In this document: positions 37,401 through 48,365 of the stretch, piece after piece
Layout: each line of letters begins with the position of its first letter
How positions within the stretch are numbered: the first letter of the stretch is position 1
DNA from: Octopus sinensis
Taxonomy: Eukaryota
NCBI RefSeq assembly: GCF_006345805.1
Contig: NC_043004.1
Coordinates: 22,878,001-22,942,000 of the forward strand
Reading direction: 5' to 3'
Length of the DNA stretch: 64,000 nt
The notes under the pieces: model-generated
Seen by the model: the letters and a program-made list of their open reading frames with translations, nothing else
Database searches by the model: none
What the model was told of the DNA's origin: nothing
Program-made: the position numbers and the translations under genes

Positions 37401-39478
37401 GATACTTTTTTCTTTTACTCCTCTCTTTGCTGATCACAAATTTTGTTTTTATACACTAAACTGTTTATTCATTTATTATACTGTGTTCAATATAAAATGT
37501 TTGCAGTCTGTGAAGGAATTAGAACATTATAGATTTTGCCACTATAATTATTTTCAGAAAACATATACGTTAAACCAGACAGTTTTTCATTGGATTTATT
37601 ATTGAAATTTAAGTTTTCTTTCTCAGAAATCTTAATAAATTCTCTTTGAATTTTGTTTATCTAAAAACATTTCTTTAAAAAATATTCTGTTTTTAAAATA
37701 ATACGGTAAAATATTTACATATATTTAGCTGATGTTTCTATGAGGAATTAATATATTCTGTTTTCATATGTATGATGAGTCTTCAGGCCGATTTGGAGGA
37801 GACTTGGCCGCTGTTTTGATAGATTGGGTAACGATATGAAAGCTCTTATATTTGTAATACATCTTTGATTCTGAACATTTGTAGTGTAGACGATGAAACT
37901 CAATCAATCCTTTTTTTGTGAAATTATTTTAGCCACATTAAGTTAGCATTTCAGAGAAATATCTTAACAAACATTTCTTTATACATAATCTTAACAGTAA
38001 CTTGTATGTTTTTTGAAATATTGACAAGTAACGATCTGCATCCTAACATAAAGTGTATATATTTTGAAATCCTTCTAAGCTGCGGTATTCGACACGGAAA
38101 AGTACTTCTTACAGGTGTATAGTATTAAAAACACGGGAAAATATCAGCAGCAGGAGATGTCGATCAGCATTATGGTGAAATTGCAAGATCCGAATGATTG
38201 CTTGCTGGCCTCATCAGTAGCAAATATCCACGTCGCACCATGTCAAACAAACATCGGCTGATATAATTAAACACTGATTGATAGGTCACTGCATTCAGCA
38301 GGTGTTCTGAAGAAAATTTCATTATTAGCGACGGGAAAATTATTTGTTCAATATTCGCGATATGTATACATACTGGAATTATCTTGAAAGACAGTCGCAT
38401 TTCAATTTTCAACTTGAGAAATCTGGACCTAGAAATATCACCGAAAATGTTGGGTGACTTTCGCCTGCGGTTACTACTTATCTGTGTTTTTAACAGTATA
38501 TTTGTATAAGAGGTACATTATGAAGACGAATACCACCGTTTAGAAAGCTTTCAACAGTTAGCGTATGAATACAGATCGCGAATATTGAACTAATACTGCT
38601 TTCGTAGATGATGATGAATATTTATTCAACCTGCCGGGAAATGCGACGTAGTCACCATTCAAATACTATTTAACTATATCAAATAACAAACGATGTTCAC
38701 ATCACATAAGGTGATGGGAGTATTTGCTACTGGTGAAGCGAACAAGCAGGTATCCGTATCTGACAATTTATCAGCATGGGAAATGTGAGTAGTAGAAGGT
38801 CACCTGCTGCAGATATTTAGTATTTTTAACACCATAAGTCTAATACAGAAACTTTCTTCTGATGAAGTCGCAGTTTCGAAATATATACACTTTAGGTATG
38901 CATATAGATAACTTATTGTGAAATAATACTTCTTCCATCGAAAATATTTATTCACGGTAAGAATTGTTTTCTAACTTGTTTTTCAATTTTGCAGTTCTTG
39001 TATATCAACAATACTTACGTGCAAAATAATTGTAAACAGTGGAATTAAATGTTTTGCTGACAGAAAACTTTTGTGAAATAGATTATTCACCTTACAATTA
39101 AATAGTTTCAACTGGTAGAACGAACTGTATTTAATAAATTGAATAAGTCTACAGTAGTATTAACTGTGTAACTAACATGGTTTTATAAGATTTGTTGCGA
39201 TTTGCATTACTCTTTTTTTTATCTAATTTTCGTACAGTCGATTGTAGTATTAGAGAGCCATCTTTTTCGGTTGCGTGAGAGGGAAAAGTAAACTGTAACC
39301 AAAAATAAAACACAAACTTTCCTTTTTCTTATGTTACGTATGTGACATCAACGAACAAATTGAATAACTTCAATGGTAGTTAATTTCGACTCTTCACTTG
39401 TGGGTAACGTGTGACGGACGGGCAGAAGGACAAATGAACAGATATATTCGACGATTTTGTTATTATTATTATTATTAC

Positions 39479-40032
39479 TTTTTTTTTCTTCTTTCAAATT
39501 TTCTTCCATTTCTTGCCGAGTGTCTTCTCGACTCCTAGGGCAAAGAAACTCATAGTGTATATTGGTAGGCCATTAAACCAAACTCAGTAGTTCGTTCATT
39601 TTTTTTTTTTTTTTTTAAAGTTAAATTAAAATACATGAGCAGCAACAGTTCTCACATCGACAATGCTCTTCTCAATACGTGTGATGTACCAGTTAAGACA
39701 ATTTTTTGCACTTCTTACAGGGATGGTAAGCCAGGGATCATTCTCATATAATTTTCGGTTCCCTTCTTGATCATTCCTAGTGCTCCTACGATTACTGGTA
39801 TTGTAACCGCCTTGAGATGCCACATTTTCTCAATTTCAATGAGTAGGTCTTTATATTTTCTGAGCTTGTCAAACTCTTTCGCTGAGATATTATGATCACA
39901 GGGGATGCTCATGTCGATCAATAAGCAAACTTTATTGTTTTGGTCTTTCACAACAATATCTGGTTTATTGGCCTTGATGGTTCGGTCTGTATGTACTGGA
40001 AAGTCCCACAGAATGGTTACATTTTCTCCTTC
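39479..40032 (-). mobile_element. R4/Dong-clade 5'-truncated copy, third family
   Basis: KANKPDIVVKDQNNKVCLLIDMSIPCDHNISAKEFDKLRKYKDLLIEIEKMWHLKAVTIPVIVGALG; 3' UTR ends in an A-run and then TAA repeats; 5' junction in (TAA)n. Confidence 0.85.
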
Positions 40033-40033
40033 A

Positions 40034-40097
<64 letters not shown>

Positions 40098-40100
<3 letters not shown>

Positions 40101-41080
40101 TACTTTTATTTTGATAACGTGCTTTCACTTCACTACCGAGTGCTGCTCTGTGTACCTTGGACATGTGCTGTGGTTTGCTGTTGAAAGTGTTTTACGTAGG
40201 ATGTGTGCACCGCCTAACAGTGAAAATTTTCCGTATGCTATATATACTCGTAAATTCTGGTGTTTTTGTTATGTATTTGAATATTTTTCATCATACCTAA
40301 TGTGCCCACTATGATAGAAATTGTTTCTCTTTTTAGATTCCACATTCGAGTTACTTCTATTTCCATGTCTTCATATTTTGAAAGTTTCTCCATTTCTTTT
40401 AGAGAAACGTTGTCATCTGCTGCTATTGATACGTCAATTAGAAAGCATTTTTTCTTCATGGTCTCTGACAACTATATCTAGCCTATTGGCCTTAATTCCT
40501 CTATCTATGTACTGGCATATCCCAGAGTATGGTTGTTTTCTCGTTTTCTATGACCTGTACTGGCGTGTGCTTATACCATGTTTTTTCTGTTGTTATTCAA
40601 TACTATTGGCATAGCTTCCAGTGTTTGTACATCCCAACTCTGTCGTGTCTGTGAATATATTCCTTCTTAGCCAGGACTGAGCAGCCAGACATGATATGAT
40701 TTATTGTTTCTTGTCCATTTCCTCATATTCTGCAGTTACTTATCTTTTTTTTCCTTATATATTTTTGATAATTTCTGGTGGAGAGGTTTTGGTCTTGTGC
40801 TGCAATTAAAAATCCTTTAGTCTCTGCTTTGAGGCCTAAGATTCTCAACCATTGCTGGAATTTTTCTGTATTTCTTTTGCATTTAGTTTAGCCCAGTATT
40901 TAATATCGTGCAAATTGTTGGAGAAAATATAACCAGCGACGTTTCGACTTCGCTTGAGTTTCTTGTATGAAGTATTTTCTGCCCGCAAGTTAGAGACATA
41001 AAGGCTGAAGATTAATGATTATCATGGGTGTGGATGTTATGAATAGCTGGTGCATATTCTACAATATGCACATAATCCCT
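40098..41080 (-). mobile_element. R4/Dong-clade fragment, second family
   Basis: KCFLIDVSIAADDNVSLKEMEKLSKYEDMEIEVTRMWNLKRETISIIVGTLG; upstream LKAETKGFLIAAQDQ-like segment; 3' end abuts (TAA)n 40033-40097. Confidence 0.8.
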
Positions 41081-41849
41081 TGCAGGAAATGGTAGCTTAA
41101 CCTTGTCCTAAGTGCCCTTGCCTATCCACTAAACAGTGTTGAAATAAGCATTAGTTTGATGTTACATATTATTGTTTTGAAGACGAAGGACAGGAAATGA
41201 CAATGCTGGAGCATCGATAGTGGAAAGTTACACCCTAGATTCTCACATCGTGTCCCTGATTGGTAGGAGTACGGGGATTTATAGCAGCTCATATTTGCAA
41301 GCTTTACCGCAAGAATGAAGCAAACCTGCAACCTTCTCGTGTGGTCTTTTTTGTTGTAGTAACAGTACCTTGCACACATTAAGTACAGGCCATTAAGTAC
41401 AGACCTAAAACACGAGAAACAAGTATTTGAACACTATTTCCTATTGAGATGCGATTAGTATGTGTAGCAGAATCACTAATTCACTCCATACCTGGCATTG
41501 AAATTAGGCAGTGATTTCGACGAAGCTAAAGAAAGAAAAGGGTTTTATCACTCGTATGGCAGCGGGTTGTGAAACATGAACCAAGAATATTTTTTTTAAT
41601 CCTAAAGACAGTAATGAAGAAAAATATTTGATGTATGCCCATATTAATTACAAATGCTGCTGGTTTCGTGTAGTGACTGCATGGATGACGCAGAGAAAAA
41701 GCGAAACTGGGCATTCTCCGGTAACGTGAATGCTATTTAATGCTGTTGTTGGGTGTGATATATTTTCCAACGCTGTTTTTATCACCATTGAACAAATGAT
41801 GGAATGATTGAGATAATATCTTGCATGCGGCGTACATACAATTGTATTT

Positions 41850-41918
<69 letters not shown>

Positions 41919-42900
41919 TGTGTCAGTAAAAATAAAGATACCGAGAGTAAATAAATTGCTTTTTTGCTGTGAACTGTCTACTCAATATTGACATAGTGGT
42001 TATGAATAGTAGTTTAGTAATGGCACATTTATTACCTTGGAAACACTTTTATTCCTGAATGCCACATGCCAGTATATATGTATTTATCCTTGGCGTGTGT
42101 GTGAGTGCGTGTGTGTGAGTGCATGTATGTGTGTGTTTATTTATTCTAGTTGTATATATTTATTCTCTTTTCTTTCAATCAGGACAATCATAAAGACCAT
42201 AAATTCATTTCGTACCATGTGATAGATTTAATGTTCCAACTGTTATTGTTAATCGTATTTTATTATTGCTGATCCTTTAAAAAAAAATATACTTGCATGA
42301 TTGCTAGAAGTAGGCCTACTGTTGAAATAATCTATATATCGGTTTGCAATCTTGCTGATATCATATTATGTTCGATATTTGCTATCAGGGAAATAATGTT
42401 TTTGAAATTGTGTTATCAGCTTCGTTGTGATACATTTGTAAAAGCTGTTGATTTTTATTAATATAGACAATTCAGGAACAAAATCTCTTAAATGGATATA
42501 CAGAAGTATAATCTATATCCTTAAATGTTGTGAATAAAATATAAATATATTTCTAACGTTTATTATCTTTATATGAGGAATGAATTTCAAGAGAATAAAT
42601 TCCATTGAATACCAATTTTAATTGCGAAGGATGTGTAGAGTGAGATGTTTTGCGTGTCAGAGGTTGTGATATTGAGGGATGTAGTAAACAATTTATAAAA
42701 ATCTCTTCAACATTGTACAATTTTACAAATTTTCTGTCACAACCAATTTCTAATGTGCGAAACAAGTATAAAATTTTCTTTATAAGTCGAGACCCTAAAT
42801 AACTGCTTTTCAAAAATCCACATGAAAATCAGAGATTTTATGCCATAGTTGTATTTTAGGTATGGACAAAATATGCATTAGACAATATATGCATTTTACA

Positions 42901-42934
<34 letters not shown>

Positions 42935-43365
42935 TAGATATATATATGTGTGTGTGTGTCTGTGTGTGTGTACATTGGTGCGTGTGTATGTGTGTGCGCG
43001 TCCTAAGCCATATTTCAATATTACGTATGCCCATAAATATTTTAAACAATCCCCTGTAAATATTGATTATTATACAAGTCAACTCTGATTTTTATCGCTG
43101 GAAATATTTTTCATTACAACATTCATTTATATGCGTATTACGTAAAAAAACACACACACACACACACATATATATATAAATATATATACATATATATGTA
43201 AATTCCATTATGTGGCTAGCTATTAGACCAGTCATACTGTTTAGGATACTATCTTCCAACCTGTCTTCGATCCCCTGGAATTAATTACATTTCCACCTAA
43301 TCAAATTCCGCTGGTGGAAATAGTTCGGTTAGTAACTAATTATATTTGAATTATTGTCTTTGCAG

Positions 43366-43561
43366 TAAAAACGCCAGTATGTACCCATGGTACCGTGCTA
43401 ACGACACAGCCGAAAGTAACGAAAAGGCGCGAAAAGCATACGAAAGTCTGATGACTGTCTCTCTGAGAAAACCCACCAGCCCTGAGTACGAAAACTTCTC
43501 AAGAGAAGTTATTAGCAGAGCCAGAAATGAGAGTCAGAATTTTACATACGGTGAGGATGAG
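43366..43561 (+). CDS. Internal coding exon of a receptor-type (membrane) guanylyl cyclase, atrial natriuretic peptide receptor-like; extracellular ANF-receptor ligand-binding domain
   Basis: Acceptor ttattgtctttgcag| at 43365 and donor GAG|gtacgt at 43562. The 196 bp exon (1 nt + 65 codons) translates (S)KNASMYPWYRANDTAESNEKARKAYESLMTVSLRKPTSPEYENFSREVISRARNESQNFTYGEDE. This matches the PWxRxxDxxxxNxKARxAYxxLxTVT..PxxxEYxxF...NFTYGxxxV segment I recognise from invertebrate NPR/Gyc76C-type receptors. It has five N-x-S/T sequons, as expected for an ectodomain. I found no other exon of this gene in the window by eye. Confidence 0.85.
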
Positions 43562-43949
43562 GTACGTAAAACTTTTCTATAAATCTTTTTTTTTTTTTGG
43601 TGGGGGAGGGTTTCTTCTATTTTTATTTTTGCGATTTTCTAATGCTCCAGAGTTTTGGATGATGTCAGAGTTGTTTTTTTACATCGATTTTAACTAATCG
43701 AATTTGGACATTGAGAGATCTTACAGATAAAAATATTCCAATACATTATTCAATATTTTGGTGAATTAACAATAATTATTGATTGTAAATCACTTTCATT
43801 GTAAATCTCAGTGCTGTCTTCTACACCACACGGTCGCACACTTACTCATATATACACATACAAATAAACACAGACATAAACACCAAGAATACGTGTGCAT
43901 GCATCAGTTTGTGTGCTTTTATACATATTCATATATGTGTATATATATA

Positions 43950-44036
<87 letters not shown>

Positions 44037-44212
44037 TACATAAAGATAGAAACAGACAGACAGACACAGATACATACCTACATTCATACATACTGATACA
44101 TATGCAGAAGGATAGAAGTGGGATTTAACTTCTTCGTGGAAATCAATCCAATCAAAAGTGAGTATCAAAACATTATTGTATGTATAAATCTATGTATATG
44201 TATGTGTGTATG

Positions 44213-44255
<43 letters not shown>

Positions 44256-44646
44256 GTATGTATGTATGTATGTATGTGTAAAATTTTGAATATGTTCGTC
44301 GCATGAAAGGGTGGTGTCATCCAAGAAAATACTGGTTCAGTGCCTAATATCTTGGGAGAATTGATTACCTGAAATAATAGATTTATACATAAAACAATGC
44401 AGTTTATATTCAGTGAATGAAATTAAGTATTAAATCCATATGCTCTGCGATTAATAACTTCAGAGAGAAAAGACACGCCCTTAGAAGTTTTATATGTGTG
44501 TTTATGCATTCAGTATAGCACACCGCACTTATAAAACAGCTAACGGTATATTTTTCCCACTGAAGATATTATGCTCTAATTAATTCACTGAGTATTAATT
44601 GAAACAGCTTTAAGAGATAATGGTTGACTTGTTGCTGATAATAAAC

Positions 44647-44679
<33 letters not shown>

Positions 44680-44714
44680 GATAAGAAAGTTTGTTTGGTA
44701 AAGCACGTGGGTGA

Positions 44715-45223
44715 ATATATAAGAAAATAGTAAAGTGTGAAAAAACGACAGAAGGCTTAAATGTTAAAAAATATATATATTTGTGTCAAAATGTCTGGAG
44801 AATATTGGAAAAATTTTTTTTCCTTTCCTTAAAATGACATAATTTAAAAAATTTTTAAAGAAATTACCGGTTTCGGGTGTAGCTTTTCAAATTTCTTGTG
44901 ACGTTATGTTTATATTGCATGGAATTATCGTTGTTTTTATTTCCAGGAGATTTCTAAATAAGGGGAGGTAGTAAGTGATTTTTTCCGGTGTAGGGGAGAT
45001 AATCGCTTAAAATTTTTTTTTCCCTTTTCCTTGTTAATTTCTCTGTGTCAGTATGTTCGGATGGTTGAGTCTGGGTTTGTACTTTTCAATGAAGAATGTT
45101 TCCTTGTTCAGTCTCATTTGTGTTGATGATCCGAAAGCACATTGGTAAAATGGGAAGATTAAAAATGTATGTATAAATATATGTATATGTATGTGTGTAT
45201 GTATATATAATATATATATATAT

Positions 45224-45255
<32 letters not shown>

Positions 45256-45797
45256 ATATATTTATGTATGTATGTATGTATGTATGTATGTACGTGTAAA
45301 ATTTGAATATGTTCGCCGCATGAAAGGGTGGTGTCATCCAAGAAAATACTGGTTCAGTGCCTACTTCCCATTTTACCAATGTGCTTTCGGATCATCAACA
45401 CAAATGAGACTGAACAAGGAAACATTCTTCATTGAAAAGTACAAACCCAGACTCAACCATCCGAACATACTGACACAGAGAAATTAACAAGGAAAAGGGA
45501 AAAAAAATTTTTAAGCGGTTATCTCCCCTACACCGGAAAAAATCACTCACTACTTCCCCTTATTTAGAAATCTCCTGGAAATAAAAACAACGATAATTCC
45601 ATGCAATATAAACATAACGTCACAAGAAATTTGAAAAGCTACACGCGAAACCGGTAATTTCTTTAAAAATTTTTAAAATTATGTCATTTTAAGGAAAGGA
45701 AAAAAAATTTTTCCAATATTCTCCAGACATTTTGACACAAATATATATATTTTTTAACATTTAAGCCTTCTGTCGTTTTTTCACACTTTACTATTTT

Positions 45798-45806
<9 letters not shown>
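44715..45806. repeat. 443-bp inverted duplication around a displaced direct copy of upstream DNA
   Basis: 44715-45157 is the reverse complement of 45364-45806 with only a handful of differences; spacer 45166-45363 repeats 44177-44346. Confidence 0.92.
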
Positions 45807-45853
<47 letters not shown>

Positions 45854-45968
45854 TATATATGCATATATATGTATATATGCATATATATACATATAAATAT
45901 GCATATATATACATATATACATGCATATATATACATATATACATGCATATATATACATATATACATGC

Positions 45969-46009
<41 letters not shown>

Positions 46010-46057
46010 AGAATATATATACATATATACATATATATATATATATACATACATATA
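45807..46057. repeat. (TA)n with TATATATACA/TATATATGCA variants
   Basis: Direct inspection. Confidence 0.9.
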
Positions 46058-46449
46058 AGAGAGACTTAGTAATTTTAATATTTCTATTATTGAAAACAAG
46101 TGGATGTATTCCACCGAAACTAGGTAAATGAAACCTTCGAACAGAGACCATCAGTGGCGACACCTGGCGGGTCTGACTACGCTACATTGACAAAGGACAA
46201 ATACCCTGAAACGCGTCTGTAGCTGTCTGACTAGCAGTGTGAAGCGGGTGACCTCCCTTGTTCGAAGGTTATAATGGACACAGTTTGTGTGTCAAATAGC
46301 TATCTTAAGGCGATGGCCTCATGGAGCTAATCAGCGACAGCTTTTAGTCTTATATCTATAAGTCTGCCACATTAATATGGCGATAACAATTAATTTCCAG
46401 TAACGCTGCCGTAATCTCTTTTAGAGAGACTTAGTAATTTTAATATTTC

Positions 46450-46451
<2 letters not shown>
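46058..46451 (+). mobile_element. Hammerhead-bearing small non-coding element, copy 2, with a 29-bp terminal direct repeat
   Basis: agagagacttagtaattttaatatttcta occurs at 46058-46086 and 46423-46451 (365 bp period); TA-rich microsatellite on both sides; internal motifs are homologous to copy 1. Confidence 0.7.
46181..46223 (+). ncRNA. Minimal type I hammerhead ribozyme with U3:A8 variant core
   Basis: Stem I GCUACA(46181-86)/UGUAGC(46218-23); core UUGACAA 46187-93 (C3U plus G8A); stem II AGG/CCU with loop ACAAAUAC; GAAA 46208-11; palindromic ACGCGU stem III; GUC triplet 46215-17. Confidence 0.75.
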
Positions 46452-46496
<45 letters not shown>

Positions 46497-46881
46497 CTGT
46501 ATTCATGTCCATATGCATGGGTACATATATACACTCAACAGACAACATGTAGATCAATTCTACGTGGCTTTTGTTTTCTTCCAAAATACTCTGAGCTGTT
46601 TCTCTATTCTCTTCCCGGTTTCAAATGGTTTTTCTCATCCATGTACCCTCTATGCCGGAGCATAATATCCCAAAACGTTTCTGCATTAGCTCTTCCCATT
46701 TCTGTGACCTTACGTTACTGGGAAGAGTTAATGGCATTGTGAACGTGACACGTTTTTTTTATTTTTCTTGCGCTTCCCTTTCTTTTCGCCATATATTCAC
46801 ATTCAATATGTATATATATGTATATGTGTTTATGTATGTTTATATGTATATATGTGTGTATACACACACATACATCTCTCC

Positions 46882-46946
<65 letters not shown>

Positions 46947-47045
46947 CATATATATACGCACACAGACATATATATATATATATGCATATACATACATATA
47001 GACACATATATATTCTTCTATATGTAGATATATGTATACATATTC

Positions 47046-47796
47046 ACGTTCCACTTCACTTCCACTGTTTACACCAGTGCTTTGAAGGAAGGTGTAGAGA
47101 GTGTGTTCGTCGAAGTCACCTTGACAGTGAACGTTGTCATGGTGATACCTGCTCAGAGGTCTACGCAAAGTTGCAGCAAGTGTATGGAGAGTAGTGCATG
47201 AGCCGCACACAAGAGAACAAGTAGTGCAGACGTTTCCAAGATAGCCGAGAAAATTTCAACAGTGCTGAACGTTCTGGGAGACCCGCAGCCAGAAGAAGTG
47301 AGAAAAATATTGCAGATGTGCGTTCAGCTGTGAAGGGAAATCGACGATTCACCATCTGTGAGTTACCAGAGGATATGCAGATTAGTTACGGTTCAGTTCA
47401 GTCTATTATCACTGAAGATTTGTATGGGATGCGTGCCTACAAAAATTTGTGCCCAAACTGATTTCAGCTGACCTGACCGAAAGGACGCAGAGTTTCAGTA
47501 GCACAAGACCTCCTTGATTGTATCGAGAACGATGAAAACTTTTTGAAAACTTTGCGATGGTCTCTGAGCAGGTATCGACAAGCTTTTGGCAAAATTTAAT
47601 GCAGATTCTCTACTCGGCCTTCACTGTCATGGCCACACCTTCCTTGCAAGCACTGCTGTAAACAGCGGAAGTGTACTAGAACGTTCAAACTTAAGGCGAA
47701 TGCACAGCAGCATTCAAGGTCAATCTGTGCCAAGCCGCGTCAGTTTGCATGCTTTAGCCTCGTTACAGTTCATATAATTATTGATCAGACCACCTA
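47046..47796 (+). mobile_element. Mariner relic with two opposed copies of the 5' end (long-TIR or fold-back derivative)
   Basis: Plus strand [17 protein letters not shown]...ERSGRP...VRSAVKGNRRFTICEL...FVPKL...LDCIENDENFLKT. About 47540-47796 is an inverted copy of the 5' end (MTVKAE*RICIKFCQKLVDTCSETIAK on the minus strand). Confidence 0.75.
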
Positions 47797-48365
47797 TGCC
47801 ATTCCGGGCGCAGTCAGTCTCTTCATGTTTCATTAGAGTGCGCAGTACAAATACGATTTGCATTCAAAATATACATAACAACAGAGTCATTGCATGTTTT
47901 CATAAGTTAAATAAACAAAATTGTGTCAGAACACACAATTCCGTCATCATAAAAGTATACAATACAGGCTTAAATATACAAGAATTAAAGTGGGATAGGC
48001 AAAACTAGAACCTTCTTAGATTCCATGTCCTGACTCTACTAGAGACTACACCTAAAACACCACTGAAAATCATTGCGTAAGCGTTTGTTTGTAATAAGAC
48101 ATAGGAAGGAAAACGGATTACGCCGTTCTCAGTTGCAAGAAGGAATATCATCTGTGCTAATCTAAGTGTACAGGATGAATGTTTAGCTTAAACTGAACAG
48201 ACTCTGGCGATAAGTTAGAGTTTCCAAAACTATTTTGAGATTAAGTTTGGCTTTAAAAAAAGATTTTCATTCATGTTCAATACTATTTTCTGTACGAGAG
48301 TATGCAAGAAGAAACCGAGTTAATGATCTTAACGACACAGCTATATATCATAAATATATATATAT

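Noticed and set aside
38720-38760. Possible upstream guanylyl cyclase exon ending AGCAG|gtatcc
   Set aside because: Correct phase, but the translation (WEYLLLVKRTS) does not resemble the expected GEYVFFNIDLF, and there is no good acceptor.
38858-38895. CUGAUGA...GAAA motif
   Set aside because: No convincing stem II and no stem I complementarity; not a hammerhead.
46087-46130. Second hammerhead-like motif UUGAAAA..GUGGA/UCCAC..GAAACUAGGUA in element copy 2
   Set aside because: Three extra nucleotides before stem II and a mismatched first pair of stem I; at best a relic.
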